Below are positions 6,039 to 14,381 of a stretch of 47,538 nt of DNA, one piece after another (position 1 is the first letter of the stretch; each line of letters begins with the position of its first letter). The position numbers and the translations under genes are program-made. The notes beneath the pieces were generated by a model. That model saw nothing but the letters and a program-made list of their open reading frames with translations, did no database searches and was not told the origin of the DNA. The stretch comes from a virus. The DNA is taken from positions 1 through 47,538 of IMG/VR virus record IMGVR_UViG_3300048919_000044; one strand, 5' to 3'.

Positions 6039-6791
6039 ATGCACTACTACCAGCACCACATAGGGGACTTTCTGAAGGACACGGCCAATCTCGATGACCA
6101 TCAGTTGGCGACTTACCTTCGCATGATTTGGTCGTACTACGGGTCAGAAAAACCATTCGATGATGATTGCGAAGGCATTGCGTTCGCAGTGCGTTCGGAT
6201 GAAAAAACGGTGCGATTGATCCTAAAGCATTACTTCGAATTGACTGAGAATGAATGGCATCACAATCGGTGTGATCGTGAAATATCGCAGTACCACTCGA
6301 AGGCAGGAAAGGCGCGAGATTCTGCGAACGCACGATGGAAGAATGCGAAGGCAATGCGAACGCATAGCGAGCGCAATGCGGACGAACCTAAAAACGATGC
6401 TAACCAAGAACCAATAACCAATAACCAAGATAAAGATCAAAAGCCTTCTCGCCAAACCAAGGTTTTGGCGTCCGAGTCGTTCGATTCGTTTTGGAAGCTC
6501 TACCCGAAAAAAGCAAGCAAGAAGGACGCCATCAAGGCTTGGTCAAAAATAGAACCTGATAAGCACCCTGAAATCATGCAGGGGCTCGCCAATCACAAAG
6601 TCTGTGATCAGTGGGTCAAGGATGATGGCCAGTTCATACCCAACGCGGCAACTTGGTTGAATGCTGAACGATGGGAGGACGAGGTAAAGCCAGCAAGACC
6701 GGTTGGTGTCAGCAAGCACAGCGGGTTCAGTGGGCAGCGAGATTACGAGGCAGGACTGCATGACAACGGGGACGGTACATATGGATTCTAA
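6039..6791 (+). CDS. DUF1376 (YdaU)-type replication initiation protein
   Basis: The N-terminus MHYYQHHIGDFLKDTANLDDHQLATYLRMIW is typical of DUF1376. Followed by a DnaC-like loader. Confidence 0.7.
   Translation: MHYYQHHIGDFLKDTANLDDHQLATYLRMIWSYYGSEKPFDDDCEGIAFAVRSDEKTVRLILKHYFELTENEWHHNRCDREISQYHSKAGKARDSANARWKNAKAMRTHSERNADEPKNDANQEPITNNQDKDQKPSRQTKVLASESFDSFWKLYPKKASKKDAIKAWSKIEPDKHPEIMQGLANHKVCDQWVKDDGQFIPNAATWLNAERWEDEVKPARPVGVSKHSGFSGQRDYEAGLHDNGDGTYGF
6402..6429. repeat. Four tandem heptamers AACCAAG-AACCAAT-AACCAAT-AACCAAG, then an AT-rich tract
   Basis: Read directly. Located in the low-complexity linker of the initiator gene. Confidence 0.85.
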
Positions 6792-7602
6792 TCAACTCGA
6801 CCTTTCGATCAGCGACATCGAACGCAGGGTGATGAAAGTGACCAGCAAGCAGGCCGCCGAGTGCCAAGAGCATGGAGCATATGCCTCGTACATCACGCCA
6901 AACATTCCTGGCGGCAGCAAGTGCCCTCTGTGTGCCAACAGGGTTCGCGAAGAGGAAGACCGTATCCAGGCCGAAGAAGATCACAAAAAAGCCATGGCGG
7001 CGATCTTGGCGCGCCGCTTGGGTAGCGCAATGATCCCCCCCAGGTTCCAAGGTAAGACCTTCGAGGGCTACCGGCCAGAGGATGACAAGCAACGCAAGGT
7101 GCTTGGCGTTTGCGTCTCGTATGCCGAGCAGTTCAACAAGCACTACAGCGATGGGCGCTCGCTTTTGCTGCTTGGCAACGTTGGCACAGGCAAAACACAC
7201 CTTGCCGCAGCCATTGCGCAGCATGTCATCGCCAACGGCTTCACAGCCGTATACAGGACCGTCTACGGCATCCTGCAGCACGTTAAGGGCAGCTTTGATC
7301 GTGAGGCCGAGTACAACGAGTCGGAGGCCTTCAAGGCGTTCATTGATCCGCACTTGCTGGTCATCGACGAAGTTGGCGCGACGAAAAGCAGTGAGTTCGA
7401 GCAGCAGACCCTGTTCAATATCATCAACGGCCGATACGAGCAGAAAATACCAACGATCGTTATTTCTAACCTGATGCCCGAAGAACTGGTGAGCGCGCTT
7501 GGCGAGCGCTGCGTTGACCGGCTGCGAGAGGGCGGTGGTATTGCCCAAGTGTTCACATGGGGAAGCGCCCGTAAATCAATCAAGATTGGCGACGACGACT
7601 GA
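6781..7602 (+). CDS. DnaC/IstB-like AAA+ helicase loader
   Basis: Walker A GNVGTGKTH and Walker B LLVIDEVG. Start 6781 (MDSNQL); alternative start 6760. Confidence 0.85.
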   Translation: MDSNQLDLSISDIERRVMKVTSKQAAECQEHGAYASYITPNIPGGSKCPLCANRVREEEDRIQAEEDHKKAMAAILARRLGSAMIPPRFQGKTFEGYRPEDDKQRKVLGVCVSYAEQFNKHYSDGRSLLLLGNVGTGKTHLAAAIAQHVIANGFTAVYRTVYGILQHVKGSFDREAEYNESEAFKAFIDPHLLVIDEVGATKSSEFEQQTLFNIINGRYEQKIPTIVISNLMPEELVSALGERCVDRLREGGGIAQVFTWGSARKSIKIGDDD

Positions 7603-7649
7603 TATTCAATTTTGAATTTCGACTAACAACGTGGAAAGGAGTGTTTCGT

Positions 7650-7934
7650 ATGAGCAATGAGGGAATTATGAGTCGTAGCCATCCATTTACAGCTTGGACT
7701 CTTGGCGGGACCTTTATCCCAAAACAGGTAAAGCTTATCTGCACGACTGGATATTCGTACAAGGATTGGCACGTCGAACAAAGCGGCAAGGCCTATCACG
7801 ACTCAAGTCTATTTGAAACCAAAGAACAGGCTATCGCTAGCGGAGAATCTCGCCTTGCTGAGCAGGAGCAAAAAATCCTTAAGCAGCAAGCCAGTATCGC
7901 CAAGAAGCGAGCCAACCTGGAGAAAAGCAAATGA
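7650..7934 (+). CDS. Hypothetical protein (94 aa)
   Basis: ATG 7650 with an AAGGAG RBS 8 nt upstream. Confidence 0.65.
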   Translation: MSNEGIMSRSHPFTAWTLGGTFIPKQVKLICTTGYSYKDWHVEQSGKAYHDSSLFETKEQAIASGESRLAEQEQKILKQQASIAKKRANLEKSK

Positions 7935-8167
7935 GCAAGAATGATGGCGGTCCAGCGTTCGCAAGGCCGTTTTCGAAGTCTGGAGACTTTACGGATTCTC
8001 CAAAGCATGGCGCGCAGGAAGGGCTTTCAATCCGTGATTACTTCGCGGCCAAGGCGATGCAGGCGGTTATTGCTAAGTCGTCTCTGCGGACGGATGAGAT
8101 GATTGCAGCGGCGGCGACAGCATCATACGGTATCGCCGACGCCATGCTCGCGGAGCGTGCGAAATGA
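7931..8167 (+). CDS. Hypothetical protein (78 aa)
   Basis: ATGA coupling at both ends. Confidence 0.65.
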   Translation: MSKNDGGPAFARPFSKSGDFTDSPKHGAQEGLSIRDYFAAKAMQAVIAKSSLRTDEMIAAAATASYGIADAMLAERAK

Positions 8168-8385
8168 CCCCGTCCCAAATAAGTGCAGCATCTCTCTCGG
8201 TTCTGAACCTCAGTTATTACGGCTGCCGTTTGCGCGATCCATCACGTAGCCTGAAATATAAAACAGCTTCGCTAGTGAGTGCGGATCGTTGTTTTGATCA
8301 GTTGACGGATATCCAGTCAAAAGCCAATAGCGGATTCGGTCCAATCCTTCAGCGGTTTGTCGATACCGGGGAGATTTCAGAATGA
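8164..8385 (+). CDS. Hypothetical protein (73 aa), lower GC
   Basis: ATGA coupling at both ends. Confidence 0.55.
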   Translation: MTPSQISAASLSVLNLSYYGCRLRDPSRSLKYKTASLVSADRCFDQLTDIQSKANSGFGPILQRFVDTGEISE

Positions 8386-8594
8386 GCAAGCCGCACTGGG
8401 GCGACGCCCCGCGCTGGGCAAAATGGCTGTGCCAAGACGAGGATGGAGAATGGAATTGGTTTGAGTTCGAACCTGAATGGCTGGCTTCTTTCGGTGGGCG
8501 CCAAGGCTTCTGGCTTTGCAGCGGATCGCGCTATGAATGGGCGATGAAGACGCCGCCCGATAACCCGTCGTGCAGCCTGGAGGCTAGACCATGA
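8382..8594 (+). CDS. Trp-rich hypothetical protein (70 aa)
   Basis: ATGA coupling at both ends. Confidence 0.6.
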   Translation: MSKPHWGDAPRWAKWLCQDEDGEWNWFEFEPEWLASFGGRQGFWLCSGSRYEWAMKTPPDNPSCSLEARP

Positions 8595-8734
8595 AGACCG
8601 AGCAGCAACAGCTGGCAGAATGCCGCGCCCACTGGGAGGCGACAAAACCCGACGCGGTATTCCCGGATTACTGGCTGGGCTGGAAGGCGGCCAGGGAAGC
8701 GGATGCGAATGATGTGCCGGAGGGGTTGGTATGA
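8591..8734 (+). CDS. Small hypothetical protein (47 aa, MKTEQQQLAECRAHW...)
   Basis: Below the ORF-track cutoff. ATGA coupling at both ends. Confidence 0.45.
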   Translation: MKTEQQQLAECRAHWEATKPDAVFPDYWLGWKAAREADANDVPEGLV

Positions 8735-8910
8735 TCGAGGGCCTAACATCGGCAAGCTACAAGTTCAGGCGCCATCGCGTGCGCTACGACGTAGAAGGGC
8801 TTCAGCACTTTGTCGAGCGAAGGGTTCTATTCCGATGGCGCTTGATCGCTAGGTGCGGATCTTTCAAGGACTGCATATGGCTTGTCAATCGATTTGAAGG
8901 GATCGAATAA
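8731..8910 (+). CDS. Small hypothetical protein (59 aa, MIEGLTSASYKFRRH...)
   Basis: Below the ORF-track cutoff. ATGA coupled. No internal stop (checked). Confidence 0.4.
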   Translation: MIEGLTSASYKFRRHRVRYDVEGLQHFVERRVLFRWRLIARCGSFKDCIWLVNRFEGIE

Positions 8911-8959
8911 TTCAAAAACCACTAGCCAAGCAAGTTAACCGCCAGTATGATTTGCGAAC

Positions 8960-9066
8960 AGCCTTGGCGGGCTTTCAATTCAGTAAGGCTAGAGCGATGC
9001 AGTGCATGTACTGAACATGTCCGCCAATTCCAGAAATGGAAACTGCATCGCTCTAGCCTTTTTTGT
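8960..9066 (+). terminator. Structured terminator element E1
   Basis: Perfect 19-bp basal stem 8985..9003/9042..9060 followed by a T6 run. Two inner hairpins: 9005..9019, and 9028..9041 with a GAAA loop. The linker 9021..9027 is complementary to upstream 8964..8970. Confidence 0.65.
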
Positions 9067-9083
9067 GGGGCAAGGAAATGGAA

Positions 9084-9425
9084 ATGTCAGATCGTGAATT
9101 GCTGGAGTCCGCGGCAAAGGCTGCGGGCATGACAAGGCCGGTCGATGATAATGGCGTGTGGTCTGCGTGGGTCGGATCGCCAGAAGCTGGCCACTGGTGG
9201 AATCCGCTTGAGGATGACGGCGATGCGCTTCGACTGGCGATCAAGCTGGGAATTTGCATTCAGTTCATTCCTGAGTGCGACACAGTTCAGGTCTATCAGG
9301 AGCGAAGCGAAACAGGGGAGCCTTTCAACATTCATGTGGGCGCCCTTGGCGATATCGAAACGCGCCGCGTAATCGTCCAGGCCGCCGCCGAGATCGGCAA
9401 GTCCATGCAGGAGCAGGCGAAATGA
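9084..9425 (+). CDS. Hypothetical protein (113 aa)
   Basis: ATG 9084 (MSDRELLESAAKAAG) with AAGGA 7 nt upstream. Alternative start 9078. Confidence 0.65.
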   Translation: MSDRELLESAAKAAGMTRPVDDNGVWSAWVGSPEAGHWWNPLEDDGDALRLAIKLGICIQFIPECDTVQVYQERSETGEPFNIHVGALGDIETRRVIVQAAAEIGKSMQEQAK

Positions 9426-9610
9426 ACCGCGCCAGCCCGGTACAACTCAGGAAATCCCTTGAGGTCGCCAGCGCCTTCGCCAAGGCCGGAATCCGTTTCG
9501 TATGCATGCCGGTAGTTGATGAAGCCGACCATGCGAATCTAGTGGATCAGGCCCAAGAGCGATTGGAGCGGATCGCGGTCATCGTTGAAGCGAAGGAGCG
9601 GATGGTATGA
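9422..9610 (+). CDS. Hypothetical protein (62 aa)
   Basis: ATGA-coupled internal start of track ORF 9275..9610. Confidence 0.55.
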   Translation: MNRASPVQLRKSLEVASAFAKAGIRFVCMPVVDEADHANLVDQAQERLERIAVIVEAKERMV

Positions 9611-9900
9611 GTGATAAATCGCGTAAGGATTTTGAGGCGTGGGCAATAACCACGGGTTTCGAGGATCACCACTTTGCATTGCGCGATGATGGTGAATACG
9701 AAGATTACGATGTTCGTCGCCTCTTTGCGCCATGGCAAGCAAGCCGCGCCGCTATCGAGGTGGAGTTGCGCGAGGCCTATCGAAAAGGGTGGGATGCTTC
9801 CGGAGAAGGTTGGAATGCAGAATTCCCCGGCGACCTCCATGAAAAAGAAAGCTGGCAATCTACGCGAGACGAATCCCTCGGCCTGAAGGTGAAAGCATGA
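9607..9900 (+). CDS. Acidic hypothetical protein (97 aa)
   Basis: ATGA coupled. Confidence 0.65.
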   Translation: MSDKSRKDFEAWAITTGFEDHHFALRDDGEYEDYDVRRLFAPWQASRAAIEVELREAYRKGWDASGEGWNAEFPGDLHEKESWQSTRDESLGLKVKA

Positions 9901-10412
9901 ACGACATGATCTGCCGTAAATCTATGACCCGCTGCATTACGCCGGGGATGTGCTCACCGCATGGCGGCTGCAAGGACCCAGTTACAGACAGCTTGCGCGA
10001 AGTGGTCGAGCAGCAGCAGGCCTTGATCGCCTCGCTGCGTGCTGAGCTTCGGGAGTCGTACGGCATTGATGCTGCCGTGCAAGAAGAGCATATGGATTTG
10101 GAGGCTGCCGCAAAGACGCTGGCGGCCTGTATGGATTACCCATGGGAACACATGCCCGAGCAGGGTCGCGCCTCTATGCGAGAGCACGCTAGGACCATTG
10201 TGAGCGCTGCTCTATCCGCCAGCGCAGAGCCGAGCGCTCCGGTTGTACGGGATGAGCGAGCAGAGTTCGAGTCATGGGTTTCAACTCGCAAGATTTGCAC
10301 TCACAAAGGCGCTACGCTGAAGAAAGACAGCGCTGGCGGTTACATGGAATATCGAATCAACGACCGCTGGCTTACTTGGCAGGCTCGCGCAGCACTGGAG
10401 GCCAGGCCATGA
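9897..10412 (+). CDS. Hypothetical protein (171 aa)
   Basis: ATGA coupled. Confidence 0.7.
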   Translation: MNDMICRKSMTRCITPGMCSPHGGCKDPVTDSLREVVEQQQALIASLRAELRESYGIDAAVQEEHMDLEAAAKTLAACMDYPWEHMPEQGRASMREHARTIVSAALSASAEPSAPVVRDERAEFESWVSTRKICTHKGATLKKDSAGGYMEYRINDRWLTWQARAALEARP

Positions 10413-10690
10413 GCACCCCATGCGAAAAGCACGCCTTGCTTCCAGTAGTCGGCCAGTCCCCGTGCGCAGGGTGCGAGATTGAAAGGCTGAGGGCTGAGAA
10501 TAATTCGCTTCTGACCGCGCTAAAGGGAATGACATCAATGTACGGCTACTGCTGGGACTTGGTTGATGGTGGATTGCTGTGCATGCAGGACAACGTGCAG
10601 CGCTTCGAGGATGCCCATGAGGCGGCGCAGAAGGTTGTCGCCGCTATGAGCAAAGACCCATTGGCCAGCAAGGAGAAACAAAATGATTGA
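10409..10690 (+). CDS. Hypothetical protein (93 aa)
   Basis: ATGA-coupled internal start (MSTPCEKHALL). Confidence 0.6.
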   Translation: MSTPCEKHALLPVVGQSPCAGCEIERLRAENNSLLTALKGMTSMYGYCWDLVDGGLLCMQDNVQRFEDAHEAAQKVVAAMSKDPLASKEKQND

Positions 10691-10886
10691 CGGTCGCCGC
10701 CTGATGGCTGGCCAGCTCGCAATCTCCATGCTTCAGCAGTGGTATTCGATCTGGGAGGATTTCCAGGGTAATCGCTCTGGCGAGATGCGCCGGCTTGCTC
10801 TGCATGCAAAGGCTCGCGGGCTTGTTCATCACGATCGATGCTTGATGCAGTGCGAGGCTTATATGGTGGCCAATCCAGGCCAGTAG
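10683..10886 (+). CDS. Hypothetical protein (67 aa)
   Basis: Overlaps the upstream gene end. Last gene before element E2. Confidence 0.5.
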   Translation: MIDGRRLMAGQLAISMLQQWYSIWEDFQGNRSGEMRRLALHAKARGLVHHDRCLMQCEAYMVANPGQ

Positions 10887-10907
10887 CGGTATGATGTGAG
10901 TTCGGGT

Positions 10908-11036
10908 GTAGTAGCCCGGCGTTAATGGATCGAGGGTAACAAAGGTTTAAGACTGCACCGTTCCTGTTGGGTTGAGCTTCCCCCTCGATCCAGACTCAAC
11001 AGGTCTACTACCGGTGCAGTCTTAAGCCTTTTTTTG
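10908..11036 (+). terminator. Structured terminator element E2 with upstream complements to its loop and bulge
   Basis: 19-bp basal stem 10942..10960/11012..11030 followed by T7. 11-bp inner stem 10963..10973/10993..11003. Loop 10982..10992 pairs with 10926..10936 (11 bp). Bulge 11005..11011 pairs with 10908..10914 (7 bp). Confidence 0.7.
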
Positions 11037-11047
11037 TGGGTGCGAAT

Positions 11048-11758
11048 ATGCGTAGCGCAAATTCTTTTAAGAAAGGCCAGGTATACGCAGTATTGTTTTC
11101 TGATGGCTGGACAAAGATAGGAAGAGGTCGAGTCGCTGCAAATCGAATAGCGGCTCATGTTGGGTCGTCAAAAATACGAGGCGCGACGCTTGTTGATTCA
11201 GTCGTATCGGGAGTTCTATTCGATACGGTAAGCGCAGAGAAAAGGCTTATAGATTACTGCACTGCATCTTGCACAGAAAAGCATGCAAGTTAGTGGTTTA
11301 AGGGTGTCGATATTAAGAGGATTTCAGAAATAATTGACGCCGAGTATTGCGGTGAAATGCCAGAGGAAATAAAAAACTTTGTCGAAGCCGAGAGGGAAAA
11401 GGGAAGGCTGGCTATTTCCAAATATATGAAACACCAGCCTGTGGAGCGCGCAGTATTTGACAATGAGAAATGGGCGGCTTCTATGTCTCATGCGTCTGTT
11501 ATGAGTGCTATGTATGGAGGATGGATGTACGGCGGCGATCTTTTCGCGCCGATAGATGGCGGGCCTAGCAAATTCAAGCTATTTTCTGCGCTAGCTCTAT
11601 ACAGCATGAGCACAGAAGAAATAGTAGACGCCTACATCACGATCAGTGACGATCAAGATGAGGGCATATCTTTTCTGATGAGTGTGGCGGAAACGTCAGC
11701 AAGATCTATCCTCGCTGCCGAGAAAATAGAACCTGAAAAGGCCCTTGGTCATGGCTGA
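11048..11758 (+). pseudogene. T5orf172/MUG113 (GIY-YIG-like) domain gene interrupted by a single in-frame TAG at 11291..11293
   Basis: ORFs 11048..11293 and 11357..11758 share a frame, with 21 sense codons between them. GQVYAVLFSDGWTKIGRG ... KHAS*WFKGV, where the family usually has (G/R)EWF. Visibly lower GC. Confidence 0.55.
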
Positions 11759-12338
11759 CATCGCGTTGATACGCACCTCGCACGGCCTTGTGCCGGCCAC
11801 CGAGGCTGACCGCGAGACTATGCAGGCGTGGAAGTCCGGCCAGACCATTCACGGCAAGTTCACCAAGATGCGGAACGCCGGCTTTCACCGGCGCTTCTTC
11901 AAAATGCTGGACCTAGCCTTTGACTACTTCGAACCTGTTGGCGGTCTGGTGCCGCGGCAGGAGATGCGCGGCATCCAAGGGCTGGCGAAGTTCTTCGAGC
12001 AGGCCAGCGGCAAGCCTGGGCAATTGTCGGATGCAGTCGCGGCCTACATCGCGCAGCTTGAACAAGATCGCGCCGAGCGCTTTCCGGCAGTCGATAAGAG
12101 CCGCGAGGCATTCCGCGAGTGGGTGACGATTGAGGCTGGCCATTTCCACCTGGTACGCACGCCTGACGGGGTTCGCAAGGAGGCCAAGTCGATCAGCTGG
12201 TCAGCGATGGATGAAACCTCCTTCCAGCCGCTATACCGCGACGTGTTCAACGCCTGCTGGCGCTTGGTGCTGTCGGCGCATTTTGAAAGCGAAGAGGCGG
12301 CCATGAGTGCCGCTGATCAAATGGGGAATTTTGCGTGA
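11751..12338 (+). CDS. Nin-region protein, DUF1367-like (195 aa)
   Basis: ATG 11751 (MADIALIRTSHGLVP). The RNAGFHRRFFKML motif resembles DUF1367/NinB-type proteins. The family name is uncertain. Confidence 0.6.
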   Translation: MADIALIRTSHGLVPATEADRETMQAWKSGQTIHGKFTKMRNAGFHRRFFKMLDLAFDYFEPVGGLVPRQEMRGIQGLAKFFEQASGKPGQLSDAVAAYIAQLEQDRAERFPAVDKSREAFREWVTIEAGHFHLVRTPDGVRKEAKSISWSAMDETSFQPLYRDVFNACWRLVLSAHFESEEAAMSAADQMGNFA

Positions 12339-13033
12339 GCATGATTAAACGATTCGAAGCCAATACTGCTGGACGAGACTTCGCAGTCGGCGACATTCAC
12401 GGTCACTTCACCCGGCTGCAGGCCGCGCTTGATGCTATCGGCTTCGATCCGGCCGCCGACCGGCTGTTCAGCGTTGGCGACTTGGTTGATCGCGGTCCGG
12501 AGTGCCGAGACGCGCTGGCGTGGCTGGATAAGCCATGGTTCAACGCGGTGCGCGGAAACCATGACGATTACGTCGTACGCTTCCACACTTGCGACGTGGA
12601 AAACTGGGTCTACAACGGCGGGGCATGGTTCGCCGGGCTAAATCGCGATGAGCAGGAAGAGTTCCGCGTCCAGTTCGCCGAGCTGCCTATCGCTATCGAG
12701 GTCGAAACGCCTGGCGGGCTGGTAGGCCTGCTGCACGCTGACTGCCCGTTCACATCGTGGAACACGCTGCGCCATGAGCTGGGATCTCCAACTGAGGGAA
12801 AAAAACGCCTAAGGCTGGTGCAGAATACCTGCATGTGGTCGCGATCCCGGATTGAGCAGGGCGACTTGTCGGGCGTGCTGGATATCCGGGCGCTAGTGGT
12901 CGGGCATACACCGATTAGTGAGGTTGCTGTCCTCGGCAACGTCTACCACATCGACACGGCTGGATGGGTTCCGGGGCGCGGGCACTTCACGCTGCTGAAT
13001 CTCAAAACCCTTGAATGCGAAACCGCATTATGA
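12335..13033 (+). CDS. Ser/Thr protein phosphatase (lambda NinI-like metallophosphatase)
   Basis: GDIHGH, GDLVDRG and GNHD motifs. GTG 12335 (GTGA overlap) or ATG 12341. Confidence 0.85.
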   Translation: MSMIKRFEANTAGRDFAVGDIHGHFTRLQAALDAIGFDPAADRLFSVGDLVDRGPECRDALAWLDKPWFNAVRGNHDDYVVRFHTCDVENWVYNGGAWFAGLNRDEQEEFRVQFAELPIAIEVETPGGLVGLLHADCPFTSWNTLRHELGSPTEGKKRLRLVQNTCMWSRSRIEQGDLSGVLDIRALVVGHTPISEVAVLGNVYHIDTAGWVPGRGHFTLLNLKTLECETAL

Positions 13034-13614
13034 GCCTTCAAGCCAAGAAGCCGCGCTCGAAGCGCTGCCGGGTCGAATCCTGCAGAACCTTATTCGTCCC
13101 TGCTCGCATGGGTCAGGCTGTGTGCTCGCCGGCCTGCGCGATCATTGATGCACCGAAGAATCAGGATAAGGCGAGAAAGGCGATTCAGCAGGAGGACCGC
13201 AAGAGCCTGAGAGAGGCCAAGGAGCGCGTAAAGACCAAAGGGCAGTACATGCGTGAGGCTCAAATCGCGTTTAACGCCTGGGTTCGCGCCAGGGACGCCG
13301 GACTGCCGTGTATCTCATGCGGAACCACGGCTGATATCCAGTACGCGGCAGGTCACTTCAGGTCGGCCGGCGGGCACCCCGAGTTGCGCTTTGAGCCGCT
13401 GAACGTCCACCTGCAATGCAATCGCAATTGCAACATGGCGAAGTCAGGCAACCTTGGCTCGTACCGAGTCGAGCTGATAAAGCGCATCGGCCAGGAAAAG
13501 GTCGAGTGGCTGGAGGGTCCGCATGAGCCAAAGCGTTACACCATCGAAGACCTGAAAGCCATCAAGGCTGAATATCGCGCCAAGACCCGTGAACTAAAGA
13601 GGGATGCAGCATGA
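13030..13614 (+). CDS. ninG: NinG-like recombination protein
   Basis: N-terminal Cys cluster, then CISCG...AGHF.S.G....RF...N...QC..CN..K pattern. Start 13030 (ATGA overlap). Confidence 0.8.
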   Translation: MSLQAKKPRSKRCRVESCRTLFVPARMGQAVCSPACAIIDAPKNQDKARKAIQQEDRKSLREAKERVKTKGQYMREAQIAFNAWVRARDAGLPCISCGTTADIQYAAGHFRSAGGHPELRFEPLNVHLQCNRNCNMAKSGNLGSYRVELIKRIGQEKVEWLEGPHEPKRYTIEDLKAIKAEYRAKTRELKRDAA

Positions 13615-14015
13615 GACTGAAGAAAGCAGAGCGTGAACAGGTCCGCCTGAAGTATGGCGGCCACTGCGCTTATTGCGGTATCGAATTGGGCGGCCGCTGG
13701 CATGCCGATCATCTGGTCCCTGTACAGCGAGAACTGATCTCGAAACAAAACAAGGACGGAACTTGGCGGCTTGATTCAGGAAAGCCACTCAAACCTGAAA
13801 ACGACCACATTGACAACATGATGCCTGCTTGTGCACCGTGCAACATCAGCAAGGGATGCAATACCCTAGAGGGCTGGAGAGCCTGGATAGCTGGCCATGT
13901 CAACAGCCTGAACAGCTACCACCCTATCTATCGTCTAGCCAAGTCCTACGGACTGATCTCTGAGACTGGTGCGCCGGTAATCTTCTACTTCGAGAAGGTA
14001 AAGACTTTCGGATAA
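13611..14015 (+). CDS. HNH endonuclease
   Basis: CAYCG...HADHLVP...N..PAC..CN..K HNH/zinc motif. ATGA coupled. Confidence 0.85.
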   Translation: MRLKKAEREQVRLKYGGHCAYCGIELGGRWHADHLVPVQRELISKQNKDGTWRLDSGKPLKPENDHIDNMMPACAPCNISKGCNTLEGWRAWIAGHVNSLNSYHPIYRLAKSYGLISETGAPVIFYFEKVKTFG

Positions 14016-14031
14016 AGGTTCTCAAAAGGGC

Positions 14032-14061
14032 TTCACAGAATTAAGTAGGTTGTTCTATACT
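14032..14061 (+). promoter_or_regulatory. Promoter candidate TTCACA-N18-TATACT ahead of the structured non-coding region
   Basis: -35 at 14032..14037 and -10 at 14056..14061. Confidence 0.35.
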
Positions 14062-14381
14062 GGAATCTCTTTGATACCGATATCCAGTGATAGAGGGTTT
14101 GGGCATGAAGCGCGACTGATCAACCAACGCCAGCGACGCGGAGAACAGCTTCCGCCAGCCCGCATCACGCGGAAACCATCGTCTTTATCGAGAAGCCCCC
14201 GGCTTGCAGGCGTAGTAGGCAGAAAGCCGAAACCGGCATAAGTCATCACCGGGTGCTTCTCGATGCAGATGAATGATCTACGAGCGGCTGCTGCTGAACA
14301 GCGTAAGCGGTGACAGATGTTACTGGGATCAGCTCCAGGCATTCGCATCATAGAGTCAGATGAAAATCTGGCTCGCCGGTT

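Noticed and set aside
6727-7548. 273-aa minus-strand ORF antisense to the DnaC-like gene.
   Set aside because: The plus-strand ORF has Walker A and B motifs, so the antisense ORF is a GC artefact.
7604-7617. AT-rich palindrome ATTCAA-TT-TTGAAT after the DnaC-like gene.
   Set aside because: It is short and weak. It has neither a GC stem nor a convincing T tract, so it could be chance in an AT-rich spacer.
8947-9132. 61-aa plus-strand ORF across element E1, and the 78-aa minus-strand ORF 10922..11158 across element E2.
   Set aside because: Both run through long perfect hairpins and T tracts, lack RBSs and have odd composition. The RNA-structure explanation is stronger.
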